Part shown: positions 1 to 10,319 of the stretch, piece by piece | How positions within the stretch are numbered: the first letter of the stretch is position 1 | How the letters are laid out: each line of letters opens with the position of its first letter | DNA from: a virus | Taxonomy: Duplodnaviria > Caudoviricetes | Virus record (IMG/VR): IMGVR_UViG_3300034161_000008 | Span: 1 to 64,000 of that record | Length of the DNA stretch: 64,000 nucleotides | Strand: one strand, 5' to 3' | Made by a program: the position numbers and the translations under genes | The notes under the pieces: model-generated | Told to the model about the DNA's origin: nothing | The model's database searches: none | The model's input: the letters and a program-made list of their open reading frames with translations, nothing else

Positions 1-45
1 TCAGAAGACGCGGGTCGATATTTGGCTGATGTTTATTACCCATTG

Positions 46-465
46 TTAAGCACCGTTGTTAATGGACATGATGTTTTTGACCTTGGAACCGGCCGTTTCA
101 ATTAATGAGGCGAGTGAGTATTCTTTTCCTGCCTGTGTGACAGTGACAATCAGCTTCATGCCGAAACGAGCATCAGCCGAATCGTACAAAGTGGAGTCAA
201 TACTCGCCGACACGTTAGCCGTATCGAAATAACGGCTGAGGTAGGCCTCCAGACGCTGCTGGGTCTGCGTGGTGAGATCCAGTGGGTCATTGCCGTACGT
301 GTGGGTGATCCACGAGAGCGACGTCACAGCGCCTTCCACAAAGGAGGAGTTCTGTGAGTATTCAGCTTCGTAGAAATGAGCCATCAGGTTATCGGCTTTT
401 TCCTCGATTGCTGTAATCCAGCCTGCCGCTGTAAGCGACGGAGCGGGAATAATGGAGTCAGTCAT
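46..465 (-). CDS. Conserved jumbo-phage protein, putative virion/baseplate component
   Basis: 139-aa ORF with GGAG-like RBS, preceded by a terminator. Lies in the core block downstream of the nvRNAP subunit. Function inferred only. Confidence 0.6.
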   Translation of the reverse strand: MTDSIIPAPSLTAAGWITAIEEKADNLMAHFYEAEYSQNSSFVEGAVTSLSWITHTYGNDPLDLTTQTQQRLEAYLSRYFDTANVSASIDSTLYDSADARFGMKLIVTVTQAGKEYSLASLIETAGSKVKNIMSINNGA

Positions 466-481
466 GAGACACCTTCATAGG

Positions 482-527
482 CAAAAAAATAAGGACGGGG
501 AGCTAGTCATAGACTAACTCCACCGCC
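482..527 (-). terminator. Intrinsic terminator
   Basis: Minus strand GGAGTTAGTC-TAT-GACTAGCTCC hairpin followed by CCGTCCTTATTTTTTT, just after the stop of 535..1158. Confidence 0.8.
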
Positions 528-534
528 CCTACCC

Positions 535-1158
535 TTACAGTTTGGTCGCGTACGGCGACGTTGGATCTTCGCCGCCTGCATCCATGAAGATTCTCAACGC
601 TTCCCACGTGTTGAGGATATCCACTTTTTCTTCCAGGTCCAGATCGCGGTCACCTTCAACCAGATCGTCGATGTAGTGCGTGATCATCCAATCAGCATCA
701 TCATCTTCGACCAAGGTAACCATGGTCCCGTCCATTACCCGGCGATAGTCGTAGTGAGTTTCACCAACTGTACCCGGATGCATATCCACGTACGAGTCAG
801 AGTAGCCTTCACAGCGTTGCGCTTGCCAAACATGCCGCACAGCAGGGGCTGCCATGATCCAGCGTTGCATGATTGGTTTCGCGTGTTGGATCTTGCCCAT
901 TTCGACAAGTTCACGAATATCGTCGCGGTCCCAGATACTCTTCACTTTACGAACCGCTGCCTTGGCCAGACGAATTGCTTCCTCGCCATTGTAGCGGTCG
1001 TACAGTTCTACAGCGTCTGAGAAGAACGCCTTGCCTGCGTCGGTCAGGTTTTCAGCAAACCCCTGAACCTTTCGCATGAAGTAGCCTTGGTTGTCAGGAT
1101 GTTGATTCTGGTACGTGAGCGCGCTGAAAGTTCTTGCTCCGCCTGTTAACACCTGCAC
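535..1158 (-). CDS. Conserved chimallivirus hypothetical protein
   Basis: 207-aa ORF with RBS (GGAGA), directly downstream of the nvRNAP beta' gene. Confidence 0.75.
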   Translation of the reverse strand: MQVLTGGARTFSALTYQNQHPDNQGYFMRKVQGFAENLTDAGKAFFSDAVELYDRYNGEEAIRLAKAAVRKVKSIWDRDDIRELVEMGKIQHAKPIMQRWIMAAPAVRHVWQAQRCEGYSDSYVDMHPGTVGETHYDYRRVMDGTMVTLVEDDDADWMITHYIDDLVEGDRDLDLEEKVDILNTWEALRIFMDAGGEDPTSPYATKL

Positions 1159-1171
1159 TGTGCGTCTCCAT

Positions 1172-2668
1172 CTAAGCCACTAGTTTGTTTAGAGCTGCCT
1201 GTACCCGAGCTTCAAGTTCTCCCGGAGCCAGCTGCACGAAGTTGCTGTCGTCATGCACCCACGATGCGAATGTTGCCACCACAGTCTTGGGCATCGACAG
1301 GTTCGACGCTACGTTACGCGGCGCGTTCAAATCGAGCGTAGACTGGTGAGGTGCGAGTTTGTACAACTCGTCCGCAGTCATGTGGTCGATGCTGAGTGTG
1401 CCGTTGAGCTGATCGCCGTCGAAGTCGGCGTTGTAGCCTTTCACGATCAGGATGCTCAAGCTGACCGTTGGGATTTCTGTTTCTGGTTTGACCTTGGTGA
1501 TGATCAGCGACTGAGCCGAGCCGCGTTCCAAGGACGGGTTTCGTTGGAAGACTACCGGGATACCGCCGTATGGCGATTCGGAAATCAGCTCTTTGAACAA
1601 CCCATCGATGATGGGGCAGAACGTTTGTGCGTGAGAGTTGAGATGGCCCATGGCTCCGTTTGGAGTCATGTTGTGTTTTCGTACGAGCTTGTTGATCAGG
1701 TGCAGTCGCATCAGCGAGATGCCAATCCCCCACGGGATGTGCAGTTCGTCGTAGCGGTGCTGGTCTGTCAGCGAGGTGATAACCGCACGGAAGCTGAAGT
1801 GAGAGCGTGTCCCGTAGATGTGCTTACGGAAGATGCCGACCTTCTGTGCCAACGTGTCGCGATAGATCCCATCGTAGAACTCGCAGAACTGTTCGATCGA
1901 CTTAATAGTCCGATTCTCTTTTTGCTGCACTGACAGGTCAGCCGTGTCGCTGTCGATACCCAGCATGGTACGGATTGCATCTACCGCGCCTACTACGATC
2001 GGGTCAACGTACGTACCAACGTGCGTCTCTTCAATAACCAACAGACTCTTGTTCGGAATCGGTAGGTACTGGGAGAACAGGCAGTGGCGGTAATCTTGGA
2101 TCACCACTTGTAGCGGGTCAAGCGTGCCTTTCTTGGGACGGAATCCCTTCAGGCTGAACAGCGCCTCCATGATCATGTCGAAGTTATCGTAGAAGTTGTT
2201 GATACCGCGCGGCAGGTTCAGTGCCTCAACGTCTTCCATAATCGGTGGAATCTTTATTGCTGGTCGATAGTCCCTGTCCAAGAGCCATCGACAAATACTG
2301 AAACTTGAGCGTGTGAACTTCTCAGTCAGCATAGTCCAGAAGGTTGGGTTGATCAACGCTTTCACGCCAATCGGTGCTTTCATCCACAGAATCGGTTCCA
2401 GGTTCTGCTCGATTGGTGACACTACTTTAGAGTGGCACGTCGGACAGTGAACACCAATATTGAACTGCCCCACAATCTCACCACATTCACATGAGGGGAG
2501 GTTGCTGAGGAGGTCTTCGGTGTACTTGGTTCGGATCTGATCGTTGATGCGCTCCTTATCTTCTTCGGTCGTATCATCTACGACGTTAACGATGAGTGGG
2601 ATGTTTCTCAGCGTGGCAAAGCGCTGATCGAAATCGACAAGCCGTGTATGAACACCCAATTTACTCAC
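1172..2668 (-). CDS. Non-virion RNA polymerase beta' subunit (phiKZ gp55-like)
   Basis: Catalytic motif YNADFDGDQ, zinc-binding CECG...CPTC, RxPxL-like FQRNPSLE. Adjacent to chimallin as in phiKZ. Confidence 0.93.
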   Translation of the reverse strand: MSKLGVHTRLVDFDQRFATLRNIPLIVNVVDDTTEEDKERINDQIRTKYTEDLLSNLPSCECGEIVGQFNIGVHCPTCHSKVVSPIEQNLEPILWMKAPIGVKALINPTFWTMLTEKFTRSSFSICRWLLDRDYRPAIKIPPIMEDVEALNLPRGINNFYDNFDMIMEALFSLKGFRPKKGTLDPLQVVIQDYRHCLFSQYLPIPNKSLLVIEETHVGTYVDPIVVGAVDAIRTMLGIDSDTADLSVQQKENRTIKSIEQFCEFYDGIYRDTLAQKVGIFRKHIYGTRSHFSFRAVITSLTDQHRYDELHIPWGIGISLMRLHLINKLVRKHNMTPNGAMGHLNSHAQTFCPIIDGLFKELISESPYGGIPVVFQRNPSLERGSAQSLIITKVKPETEIPTVSLSILIVKGYNADFDGDQLNGTLSIDHMTADELYKLAPHQSTLDLNAPRNVASNLSMPKTVVATFASWVHDDSNFVQLAPGELEARVQAALNKLVA

Positions 2669-2683
2669 TCCGTAAAAGAGGGG

Positions 2684-2712
2684 AAAAAAAGAAGGAGCCC
2701 GAAGGCCCCTTC
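2684..2712 (-). terminator. Intrinsic terminator after chimallin
   Basis: Minus strand GAAGGGGCC-TTCG-GGCTCCTTC followed by T7. Confidence 0.85.
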
Positions 2713-2734
2713 TCTTCTTTTACAGCAGTGTTAC

Positions 2735-4636
2735 TTAACGAGCCCAGCGACCGAAGCCAGCTTGACGGTTGCCAGCGTAGCCAGCACCAGCTTGTTGACC
2801 GAAGGTGAACAGACCCGATGCAGCGCCGCCGCCCAGAACGCCAGATACGTTGTAGCCAACACGCTCGTAGGTGCCCATATCGGCAACTGGAGTGGTGTTA
2901 CGGATCTGGATGCCGGTGGCACGGATGCCCATCAGCAGTGCGTTGATGAAGGCGTCGGTGAAGGTCACGCGGCGTGCGAAGCCAGTGAACACAACGCTGT
3001 CGCCGAACACGCCGGTCAGGATCTTCTTGCGAGCAGCCAGACGGCTATCCAGCGAGAAGTCGGTACGGTTGAAGCTGTCCGACCACTGACGGATGATCGA
3101 CGGATCTTTCTCGCCGAGCAGGTTCAGTGCAGCCAGGTAGTCGAACTCACGCACGTCGCGCAGGCCGTCTTTGGTATCAACAGTACCCATGTGGATACGG
3201 TTGTACTCGTCGGTGCAGATCGGAGTGCCGACCGGGAAGTGCTTGCTGAAGTTGCCGTTGGTCAGGATCATCGCACCATCGATGATGCTGCTGTTGGCGC
3301 CTTCACTGCCCTCAGCTGCGGCAGCGAATACGTCGTTGTGCCAGGTATCAGCACCGCATTCGGAAACGTCCAGGGACATCACGAGACCAGGCTGGAAGGT
3401 CGCAGCAACCAGTTGACCCAGTTCTGCCAAGCCGAAGCTGTCCAGTTGGGTGTCCTTGATTTTGCTGCCGACGTTGCCAGGCTCGTTGGCCAGGTTGGCT
3501 TCGATGTTGACTGCGCCGATGTCGTGCCAGTTTTGGATGTCGCTGCCACGGCCTTTCTTTTGGAACGCCGGGAAGTGACCGTTGGATTCACGCAGGGTAG
3601 CGGCGACGGCCAGAGCCAGCAGCTGTGCAGGGATGGTCAGCAGATCACCGGTCTCGAGCGAGGTCATTACGAAACGGGCCATGTAGACCTGTTTGTTCTG
3701 AGCCACTTGAGGCTGGTAGATGTTCTGCACTTGTTGCTGTTGCACAGGAGCCCAGATCGGCTCTACGAAACCGGTGGCACGGGAGATGCCGACGGTACGG
3801 TCCATTGGCGAGACGCCTTGGGCACGGTTCTGGCTGGTGTTGCTGGTTGCGTTCAGATCGATGACCACGTCAGCGCGAACCGGGTTGCCAACGGCGTCCT
3901 GGATTTCTTGCTGGTTGAACAGGGTACGAATACCCAGCGTGGTATCTTTCTCGGCGCCGGCCAGGTTGATGTCGGCGAAGTCCGGGCGAGCAGTGTTCAG
4001 CAAAGTGGTAGTTGCTTTCGAGGCGTTGGCGCCCAGGGTGTGCAACAGCGCTTTGTCTTCCACGTTGAAACCGCGACGAACTACGCAGCCGGATGCGTCC
4101 AGCAGCATGGTGTTCGGGAACGCGCGCTGAACTTCAGCGAATACTGCATCGATCACGTCGGCGCTGTAAGCGTCGGAAGCCACACGCAGCTTCTCGATGT
4201 TCACGTTACCAACTTGTTCGTACAGCGGTTGGAACGGTTCGGCCGAGCCTTCCAGCATCAGGATGTGAACCGCGACGCCCAGTTCAGGCAGTTGCTTGTC
4301 TTGTACGCAAACGGCCAGGGCCGACAGCGGGAGCAGACGGTTGTTGTTCAGATCGATCGGCAACAGCTTGACGCCGTAGGATTGATCGCCTTCGCCGTAG
4401 AGTTCTTGCAAGCCTTTGGTCAGCTTGGTCAGGATTTCGCTGGCTGGGTTCTTGCCGAGGATACCGCGGTTCTTACGACCCAGTTCCGAGAAGCTGAACT
4501 GAGGTGCGCCGGTCGCAGTGGTCTGCGCCTGTGGTTGTTCTGGAGCGGCCGCGCGGAAACCTGGATTTGCTTGCTGCTGCTGTGCACTGTTATCCGACTG
4601 TGCGTTGCGGCGAGCTTGGTCGTCTTTGATACCCAT
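2735..4636 (-). CDS. chmA: Chimallin, major phage-nucleus shell protein (phiKZ gp54-like)
   Basis: About 633 aa from the ATG at 4636 (RBS AAGGAAAG). Q/A-rich disordered N-terminus, G-rich C-terminal tail, strong expression-type codon bias, position immediately upstream of nvRNAP beta'. Confidence 0.88.
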   Translation of the reverse strand: MGIKDDQARRNAQSDNSAQQQQANPGFRAAAPEQPQAQTTATGAPQFSFSELGRKNRGILGKNPASEILTKLTKGLQELYGEGDQSYGVKLLPIDLNNNRLLPLSALAVCVQDKQLPELGVAVHILMLEGSAEPFQPLYEQVGNVNIEKLRVASDAYSADVIDAVFAEVQRAFPNTMLLDASGCVVRRGFNVEDKALLHTLGANASKATTTLLNTARPDFADINLAGAEKDTTLGIRTLFNQQEIQDAVGNPVRADVVIDLNATSNTSQNRAQGVSPMDRTVGISRATGFVEPIWAPVQQQQVQNIYQPQVAQNKQVYMARFVMTSLETGDLLTIPAQLLALAVAATLRESNGHFPAFQKKGRGSDIQNWHDIGAVNIEANLANEPGNVGSKIKDTQLDSFGLAELGQLVAATFQPGLVMSLDVSECGADTWHNDVFAAAAEGSEGANSSIIDGAMILTNGNFSKHFPVGTPICTDEYNRIHMGTVDTKDGLRDVREFDYLAALNLLGEKDPSIIRQWSDSFNRTDFSLDSRLAARKKILTGVFGDSVVFTGFARRVTFTDAFINALLMGIRATGIQIRNTTPVADMGTYERVGYNVSGVLGGGAASGLFTFGQQAGAGYAGNRQAGFGRWAR

Positions 4637-4832
4637 GGTATTTCTTTCCTTCTTACTTGCGTGATATTTGGCCAAACAACACGATTCGTTGCGTATTGTC
4701 AGGTTGGTGATATGTGGTTGAAACGGCTTTGAATACAGCAAACTAGATAGTAGAGGCTAGGCCACTCATCCCGGATGTTGCACCGGGATAAGGGAGGGTT
4801 AAGACTAGCGGAACTATTCTCTATACAATGGA

Positions 4833-5606
4833 CTACCCAAGGTATTTTTTTACTGAATCAAGTTCGATCCTGGCCGAGCGACCCAGCAGTCTGAGCCACG
4901 CACGACGGAACCACGAGTAGTGGTCTTCGATAGTTGCACGGGCTGCCAGCGTTTCCAGATACATCATTTTGTTGAGGTTCTCCCGAGCCAGCGCTTCTAG
5001 ATCGGGATACGCATCCTTTAATAGATGCGGTCGCATCCGTTCCAAGTGCAGGCGCATCACGCGCTCACCCTTAGTATCGATTGCGATGTCGTTTTGCCAA
5101 CGACGCCAAAGATCGTGATCGGTGTGAGTCAAATTCGAAGGTTGTACGACACGACCATCGATAACACATATCGACCAACGAGGCTCGAGGATGTAAGTCC
5201 TCTTGACCACTTCGGGCTCTTCAGATGATGCAGTAGCTCCATCATTTTTTACACGGGGAGTTGCACGCCGGTCATGCTCGGTGCCGTCAAACTGCTGACG
5301 ATCTTCCTCACGCTCACGCAACCAACGCTCGTGCTCGCTATGGTTGCTGTCCGACGGTGGTATCAGGTGTTTTCCGAACTGCTCATTAGCAAAGTGTTTG
5401 CGATCGGTGCGTGACATGGGGTTTTCCTCTCGTCGCTCACGCAACCACCGAGCATGATCAAAATGCCGAGGGCTCGATGGAGGAATCACTTCCTCATCGA
5501 CGGTAACACGCAAGAAAGGCAAGTTTGGTTTGCGGGGTGGTTGCATGACAGTGCTCAGCATTAACTCATGAGGCGACCTAATGGATAGAGAAAGCGCCGC
5601 CACCAC
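4833..5606 (-). CDS. Hypothetical protein with internal repeat
   Basis: 257-aa ORF containing two copies of IPPS-x3-H-x2-H-x-RWLRER-x-E. True start may be internal. Confidence 0.6.
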   Translation of the reverse strand: MVAALSLSIRSPHELMLSTVMQPPRKPNLPFLRVTVDEEVIPPSSPRHFDHARWLRERREENPMSRTDRKHFANEQFGKHLIPPSDSNHSEHERWLREREEDRQQFDGTEHDRRATPRVKNDGATASSEEPEVVKRTYILEPRWSICVIDGRVVQPSNLTHTDHDLWRRWQNDIAIDTKGERVMRLHLERMRPHLLKDAYPDLEALARENLNKMMYLETLAARATIEDHYSWFRRAWLRLLGRSARIELDSVKKYLG

Positions 5607-5660
5607 GGCTGGCGCTTCTTCCTGTACTTGGTTTGGATGTGGGTCAGTACGACAGCCTGG

Positions 5661-6899
5661 TTAGGACTTCCAACCTTCTGGGGCTTCATTGCCTGGGATA
5701 CCTTTGTCCGTGATGTTTTCGTTAAACCATTTGCGCATCAGCTTGTAGTAATCGGCAACGTAGCTGATGTTGCAGCCGCCGCGACCAATCACAATTGTGC
5801 CGTCTTTATAACCCAGCGGCGCAACCAGGGTGGCATCGTAGGCGCCAAATGCTTCCCACTGTGCGTCAGTCATCTTTGCCTTCGCACCGGCAAACCACTC
5901 TTCGTCGTCCGCTTGTTGCTCGCTGCCTTCGAACGCTTTAATAGAAGGAGTGTGTTCAGGGGTGGTGCTGGCAGTCATCAACACTGGAAGCTTTTGCAGA
6001 TCTTCCGGCAGGGTGGACTTGTCGGCATGTACAGCCCAGTGCACATTGTTCTCACCGTATTCTTTCATCATGGCGCGCACGGTTGCAGCTGGATCTGGAT
6101 CAGCATCGTCAACCGCGAAGTGAATCACAGCACGTGGCTTTTCGTCCATTGCTTGAAGCACTTCACTGCGAACGTCTTCCAGGTCAGCGTTTGGAGCTTC
6201 ACCGATACCAACTTGCCACGCTTCGACGATGTATGGGTTCTTGGTCAGGTGCTGCAAGATTTCCTGAGCCAGTTTCACTACGGCATCGTTACCGTAAGAG
6301 CCCGACTGGATCGCACCGTCCATTACAACGCGGTGGAAATGCGTGGAAAGTTGACGGGCTTGCGGGTTGTAGTTGTTCAGCCCATCGGAACCGAGAACGG
6401 TTTCTTGGACTTCCAGAGGCTTCGCGATTTCACGAGTGGATTCCATCTCGCCGCCATGAGTAGGCAGCAGCTGCTTACCGAGCCATGCGTTGACTACGCC
6501 GGTGTGGGTATTGTTGGGCTCGATGAACATGACGTCGAAGCCAACATCACACTGTGGATCATCCCCACGCGCCTTAACAGCTTCAATGAGCCACGCCGAC
6601 AAAGTCTTCTGAACTATCTTGTCTTTGTACTCAGGCCAGTAGAACACGACAGGGGTGTCACCCTGACAGGCAGCTACGTCGAATGTGCCTTCCATATGCT
6701 GGTCGAAAGTGCGCACCATCTCTACGCCGCCTTTCAGACCTTCGATCTTTTCAGCTCGATGTTCGATCAAGGAGCGAATCGCGGCGCGGAGTGGTTCCGA
6801 CATCCAGCCGGGGAACGAAACTACGTGAGCCATTACGTTGGTATGGACGTACGGCAGCGGCCCAAGGTTCGCAAGGTCTGGCTTAAATGTTTCACTCAT
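5661..6899 (-). CDS. Conserved chimallivirus core-block protein
   Basis: ATG at 6899 preceded by AGGAGA. About 412 aa, located between the DNA polymerase and chimallin. Confidence 0.75.
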   Translation of the reverse strand: MSETFKPDLANLGPLPYVHTNVMAHVVSFPGWMSEPLRAAIRSLIEHRAEKIEGLKGGVEMVRTFDQHMEGTFDVAACQGDTPVVFYWPEYKDKIVQKTLSAWLIEAVKARGDDPQCDVGFDVMFIEPNNTHTGVVNAWLGKQLLPTHGGEMESTREIAKPLEVQETVLGSDGLNNYNPQARQLSTHFHRVVMDGAIQSGSYGNDAVVKLAQEILQHLTKNPYIVEAWQVGIGEAPNADLEDVRSEVLQAMDEKPRAVIHFAVDDADPDPAATVRAMMKEYGENNVHWAVHADKSTLPEDLQKLPVLMTASTTPEHTPSIKAFEGSEQQADDEEWFAGAKAKMTDAQWEAFGAYDATLVAPLGYKDGTIVIGRGGCNISYVADYYKLMRKWFNENITDKGIPGNEAPEGWKS

Positions 6900-6929
6900 T
6901 TTATGTATTCTCCTACTGGACGCAGTGGT

Positions 6930-8015
6930 ATGCAAAGTTTATTCAACATGACGCCACCGCAATCAGTGGGCGTCCTCAGATTTCCCGAATGGAATTACGT
7001 ACGTGACGGGATGCGCCGTAACGTAGCCACTGTGCTTGAGTTCTATCGCAAGAACCCGATGGCTGTTCAGTCATCACACCTGCTAGTCCGTCTGCTCCAC
7101 AGCATCACGATTCCACAATCCCAACCAATCGAACGCTATTACGACAACGTTGATAGTCTCGCACTTAATTTGTCGATGGCGTTAAATTTGACGTCGTCAA
7201 TCTTTAAGGGCAAGGTCTGGGATGGTGTGTTTTACGGAGAAGGCTCCAAAGAGATTCTGATTGCACACAACGATTGGTTTGATCCAGTGACAGCCCACAA
7301 GAACTGGAAAGGCCTACAGCCAATCCGAATCTTGCGCAGTCCGCACACAGACCTTGGGTACAACATACCTAATGGGAAACGTGCTGGCAGCGAAACGGGG
7401 TTGTCGGTTATCTCGATCAACATCCCGTTGCTTGCTATCCAGTATCGGGCATTCCGTCAGGAAGAGCAGCGCATTGCTGAGTACACCGGTAACGACTCAC
7501 AGCGGTCGATCTACCAGTTCGTTCACATGTACCCTCTAGTCAATGCTGTGATGTCTCAGACAGACACTGTCGTGTTCAATCGAGCGCATCGAGTTCTGAC
7601 TGGTGCTCCGATGGGTGAGTCTCTGCGAAAGCATAGCTTCTATTTGACTGACTATAGCCTCAAGCTTACGTCGGTCCACATGAAGATCATCGACAGCATC
7701 GAGAAGCACGGCAAAGACATGAACACGACTCTCCAGTCTGTTCCTCTGCCAATGCGTGACAACTTGGGCGATTGGTGCCAGCTGCCTGATATGGCTCCCA
7801 CCCGTCAAGTAGTCTGGGCATTAATAGTTGCGCGCCTGCCAGTGCTGAGTTTCCTATTCGAATCTGCTCGGGGTGGTCCGACAGCTCGAAACCAACAAGA
7901 GGTCAGCAAAGTCCTACGCACGATTAAAAGCATGCGGGCTGACTCGTTACTGCGCTCGAATCTGAGCGGCAGTGTGTTAGAAGAAGTGCAGGCTGAAGTC
8001 GATTCACTGATCTAA
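6930..8015 (+). CDS. Conserved jumbo-phage protein, putative virion structural protein
   Basis: C-terminal 361 aa of the 795-aa ORF (MQSLFNMT...). The upstream part is the antisense shadow of 5661..6899. Confidence 0.72.
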   Translation: MQSLFNMTPPQSVGVLRFPEWNYVRDGMRRNVATVLEFYRKNPMAVQSSHLLVRLLHSITIPQSQPIERYYDNVDSLALNLSMALNLTSSIFKGKVWDGVFYGEGSKEILIAHNDWFDPVTAHKNWKGLQPIRILRSPHTDLGYNIPNGKRAGSETGLSVISINIPLLAIQYRAFRQEEQRIAEYTGNDSQRSIYQFVHMYPLVNAVMSQTDTVVFNRAHRVLTGAPMGESLRKHSFYLTDYSLKLTSVHMKIIDSIEKHGKDMNTTLQSVPLPMRDNLGDWCQLPDMAPTRQVVWALIVARLPVLSFLFESARGGPTARNQQEVSKVLRTIKSMRADSLLRSNLSGSVLEEVQAEVDSLI

Positions 8016-8069
8016 CGGCATAAAGACCACTCCCCAGGGTAGCTTAAAGCTCCCTGGGGTTTATGTCGG
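8016..8069. terminator. Bidirectional hairpin with TTATG(C/T)CG boxes
   Basis: CGGCATAAA...CCCCAGGG-loop-CCCTGGGG-TTTATGTCGG fills the gap between two convergent stop codons. Confidence 0.7.
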
Positions 8070-10184
8070 TTAGTGGAAATCCGACACAAGTTTGGTGATC
8101 TTTGAATCGAGCCAGTAGTGCCCGAGCGTTTCGAGGATGATGTAAAACACTTTAGAGCTGTCCAGTACGATCTTCCGCACACCAATGCGGTCGAAGATTT
8201 CCGAAGGTATACCTTTGGATTGTAAGCATTGTTCTGGCAACTGGAACGTCGTTAGATTCTTACGGCCCGTACGGTCAACCCAACCCTGCATACGCGCAGC
8301 CAACGCACGATCTTCCATCCCATCGATCCAGTTCTTCAGATCGGTCTTGGTGTTGATGTCAGAAGACACCTTAACACACATGTAGGGTGGCTCTGGCGTG
8401 TCGCCGTATTTGGGTGCAAACACTTCCTGCCACAGCTGGTAGTGCATGAACGGAGATTCTTCAGCAGACTTCTTGTAGCCCTCGGCGTCTTTGATTTGAC
8501 CGATACGGAAATACTCGTAACTGCCAACACGCATGGACTCAATAATGTCGCGCTCAATCCGTGCTACCCACTTGAGGATATAATCAATGGAAATCTCGCC
8601 GTGTTCGATAAGCTGTTCCATGATGTAGATCATCATTTTCTTAGCTTCTTCCATGACGATCTTCGGCGCTTTAGAGGTCTTCAGGTGAACACCCTTGATC
8701 TCGTTCTTGTAAGCGTCGAACAAGTTACCTTCCTGGCAACCAATCAGTGCAAAGTAGTGTTTGGCTACCTGCGTCGGCGTGAAGACGTCGAACTTGAATT
8801 CGTTCTTCATCGCAATCTGGAACAGACGTTTGTTCTCGATACCGAAGTTGGCAGACATCTTGGCCAACACGTGTACGATAGTCTGAGCAGACAAAAAAAT
8901 CATAGTTGCAGCAAGCGCGTTGTCTTCGTCGCGGAAACCCAACTTACCTGCTTTCCAGATTACCCAATCCTGCACGGTGAAGATCGTGGAGTCAGTGTCC
9001 CCAGTCAATGCGGCTCGGCGGATACTGAAAGGGAAATATGCCACGGATGCTGGCATGTTGTCCGAAACCCACAGGCACTTAATCATGTCCCCGTATTCGG
9101 TCAGCACGTTCTGGATGTTCACGATGGTGGAGGCTACGATTGCAGCTTCACGAGTACCACCGATCTTGACGATCTCTTTACCCTTCATTTCCTGAGGGCA
9201 GATCTGGCACGCCAAGTGAACGTGATCTTCCATGGCATTCTTAATGACGCTGGCGGAGTCTGGATGTTCTTCACCCACACGCATGCTCAGACGACCTAAG
9301 AAGTCACGAACCAAGTTCTCGTTGTACTGCATCAGCCAATACAGATCGCCCGTGTAAACGAATGCTGCGCGTTGCAGGTCGTTCAGCTTGGAGACGATGC
9401 GATGAATGTCCAGATACTGACTGGTCGTTTGGAAGTACAGGCGCGCAGAGAACTCAATGCACGCCATCGTTTCGCGCACAGACGGAATGCGAATGTTGTA
9501 CTTCTCGACGACTGCTGCCAGCTTAGCGTAGTCCGTGTTACGAACAATGCTGATGATGTTGTTGCGAACGATGTCTGCGTTCCAGTAGTGACGATTGCCT
9601 GAGAGGAACTTCTCGTTGTTGGCGTTGCCGTAGCCTGCTGTCACGCGGCAGTTGCTGGTCAGCGTGGAGTGAGCCGTTTTGTTGTACAACGGCGTACCTG
9701 GTGTAACGTGGCCGCCGGAGATGGCGTTGTTAGCCAGCTTCTTACCCGTCTGCTCAATCTTCTTGATCTGACGGACTGGTTCGTTCTTTTCCATTTCAGC
9801 ACGGAACATTGCTTTCTTAGCAACACCCCGTGCAGCAACGTTTGAGTCGATGTACGCAACCAGCAGAGACTCCTGACGCTCTGTTGGAATGTACACGGTA
9901 AAGGTCGGAGCTACGAGGTTACGCTGCTCAACGATCTCACCCAAGTAACGAGTCAGTGGTTGTTGCTTCTTGGAGCGGTCACCGTTATCACCACGTTCAA
10001 AGAACTGAACGTTTGGATCAATCATCTTCTCCTTGGCTTTACGCTTAACGAAATCCAGACACGTCTGATAAGGTGCGCCTGTTTCGATTTGAAGTGCTAG
10101 AGCTCCGTCCTCCACGTAGTGATGGAGAACGTTAATATCTCGCTTGTAGTCTTGCTTAGGTAACACAAATGGATTTTCGAACAT
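8070..10184 (-). CDS. Family-B DNA polymerase, polymerase-domain subunit (phiKZ gp50-like split PolB)
   Basis: Motif C TGDTDSTIF and motif B-like KKLANNAISG. No exonuclease domain is apparent, consistent with the split PolB of phiKZ-like phages. Confidence 0.9.
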   Translation of the reverse strand: MFENPFVLPKQDYKRDINVLHHYVEDGALALQIETGAPYQTCLDFVKRKAKEKMIDPNVQFFERGDNGDRSKKQQPLTRYLGEIVEQRNLVAPTFTVYIPTERQESLLVAYIDSNVAARGVAKKAMFRAEMEKNEPVRQIKKIEQTGKKLANNAISGGHVTPGTPLYNKTAHSTLTSNCRVTAGYGNANNEKFLSGNRHYWNADIVRNNIISIVRNTDYAKLAAVVEKYNIRIPSVRETMACIEFSARLYFQTTSQYLDIHRIVSKLNDLQRAAFVYTGDLYWLMQYNENLVRDFLGRLSMRVGEEHPDSASVIKNAMEDHVHLACQICPQEMKGKEIVKIGGTREAAIVASTIVNIQNVLTEYGDMIKCLWVSDNMPASVAYFPFSIRRAALTGDTDSTIFTVQDWVIWKAGKLGFRDEDNALAATMIFLSAQTIVHVLAKMSANFGIENKRLFQIAMKNEFKFDVFTPTQVAKHYFALIGCQEGNLFDAYKNEIKGVHLKTSKAPKIVMEEAKKMMIYIMEQLIEHGEISIDYILKWVARIERDIIESMRVGSYEYFRIGQIKDAEGYKKSAEESPFMHYQLWQEVFAPKYGDTPEPPYMCVKVSSDINTKTDLKNWIDGMEDRALAARMQGWVDRTGRKNLTTFQLPEQCLQSKGIPSEIFDRIGVRKIVLDSSKVFYIILETLGHYWLDSKITKLVSDFH

Positions 10185-10267
10185 CTCAATTTCCCTGAAC
10201 GTGACTCACTACAGCATTGGTTGTCGGAGTAAAAAAACCTGCAACGGCATAAGAGGCAGCCACAAGG

Positions 10268-10310
10268 CCACCCGAGAGCAAAAAAAAAAAGAGGGAGTGT
10301 GAATCCCTCG
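10268..10310 (-). terminator. Intrinsic terminator
   Basis: Minus strand GAGGGA-TTCACAC-TCCCTC followed by a long T tract. Confidence 0.8.
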
Positions 10311-10319
10311 AATAGCCAT

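Noticed and set aside
2648-4732. Long antisense ORFs (694 aa here; also 5628-6929 part, 15609-16619, 27364-29067, 29549-31444, 34986-37130, 42621-44705, 45940-47868)
   Set aside because: They mirror strongly codon-biased real genes in the same codon register, lack RBSs and have V/Q/H/R-rich shadow composition.
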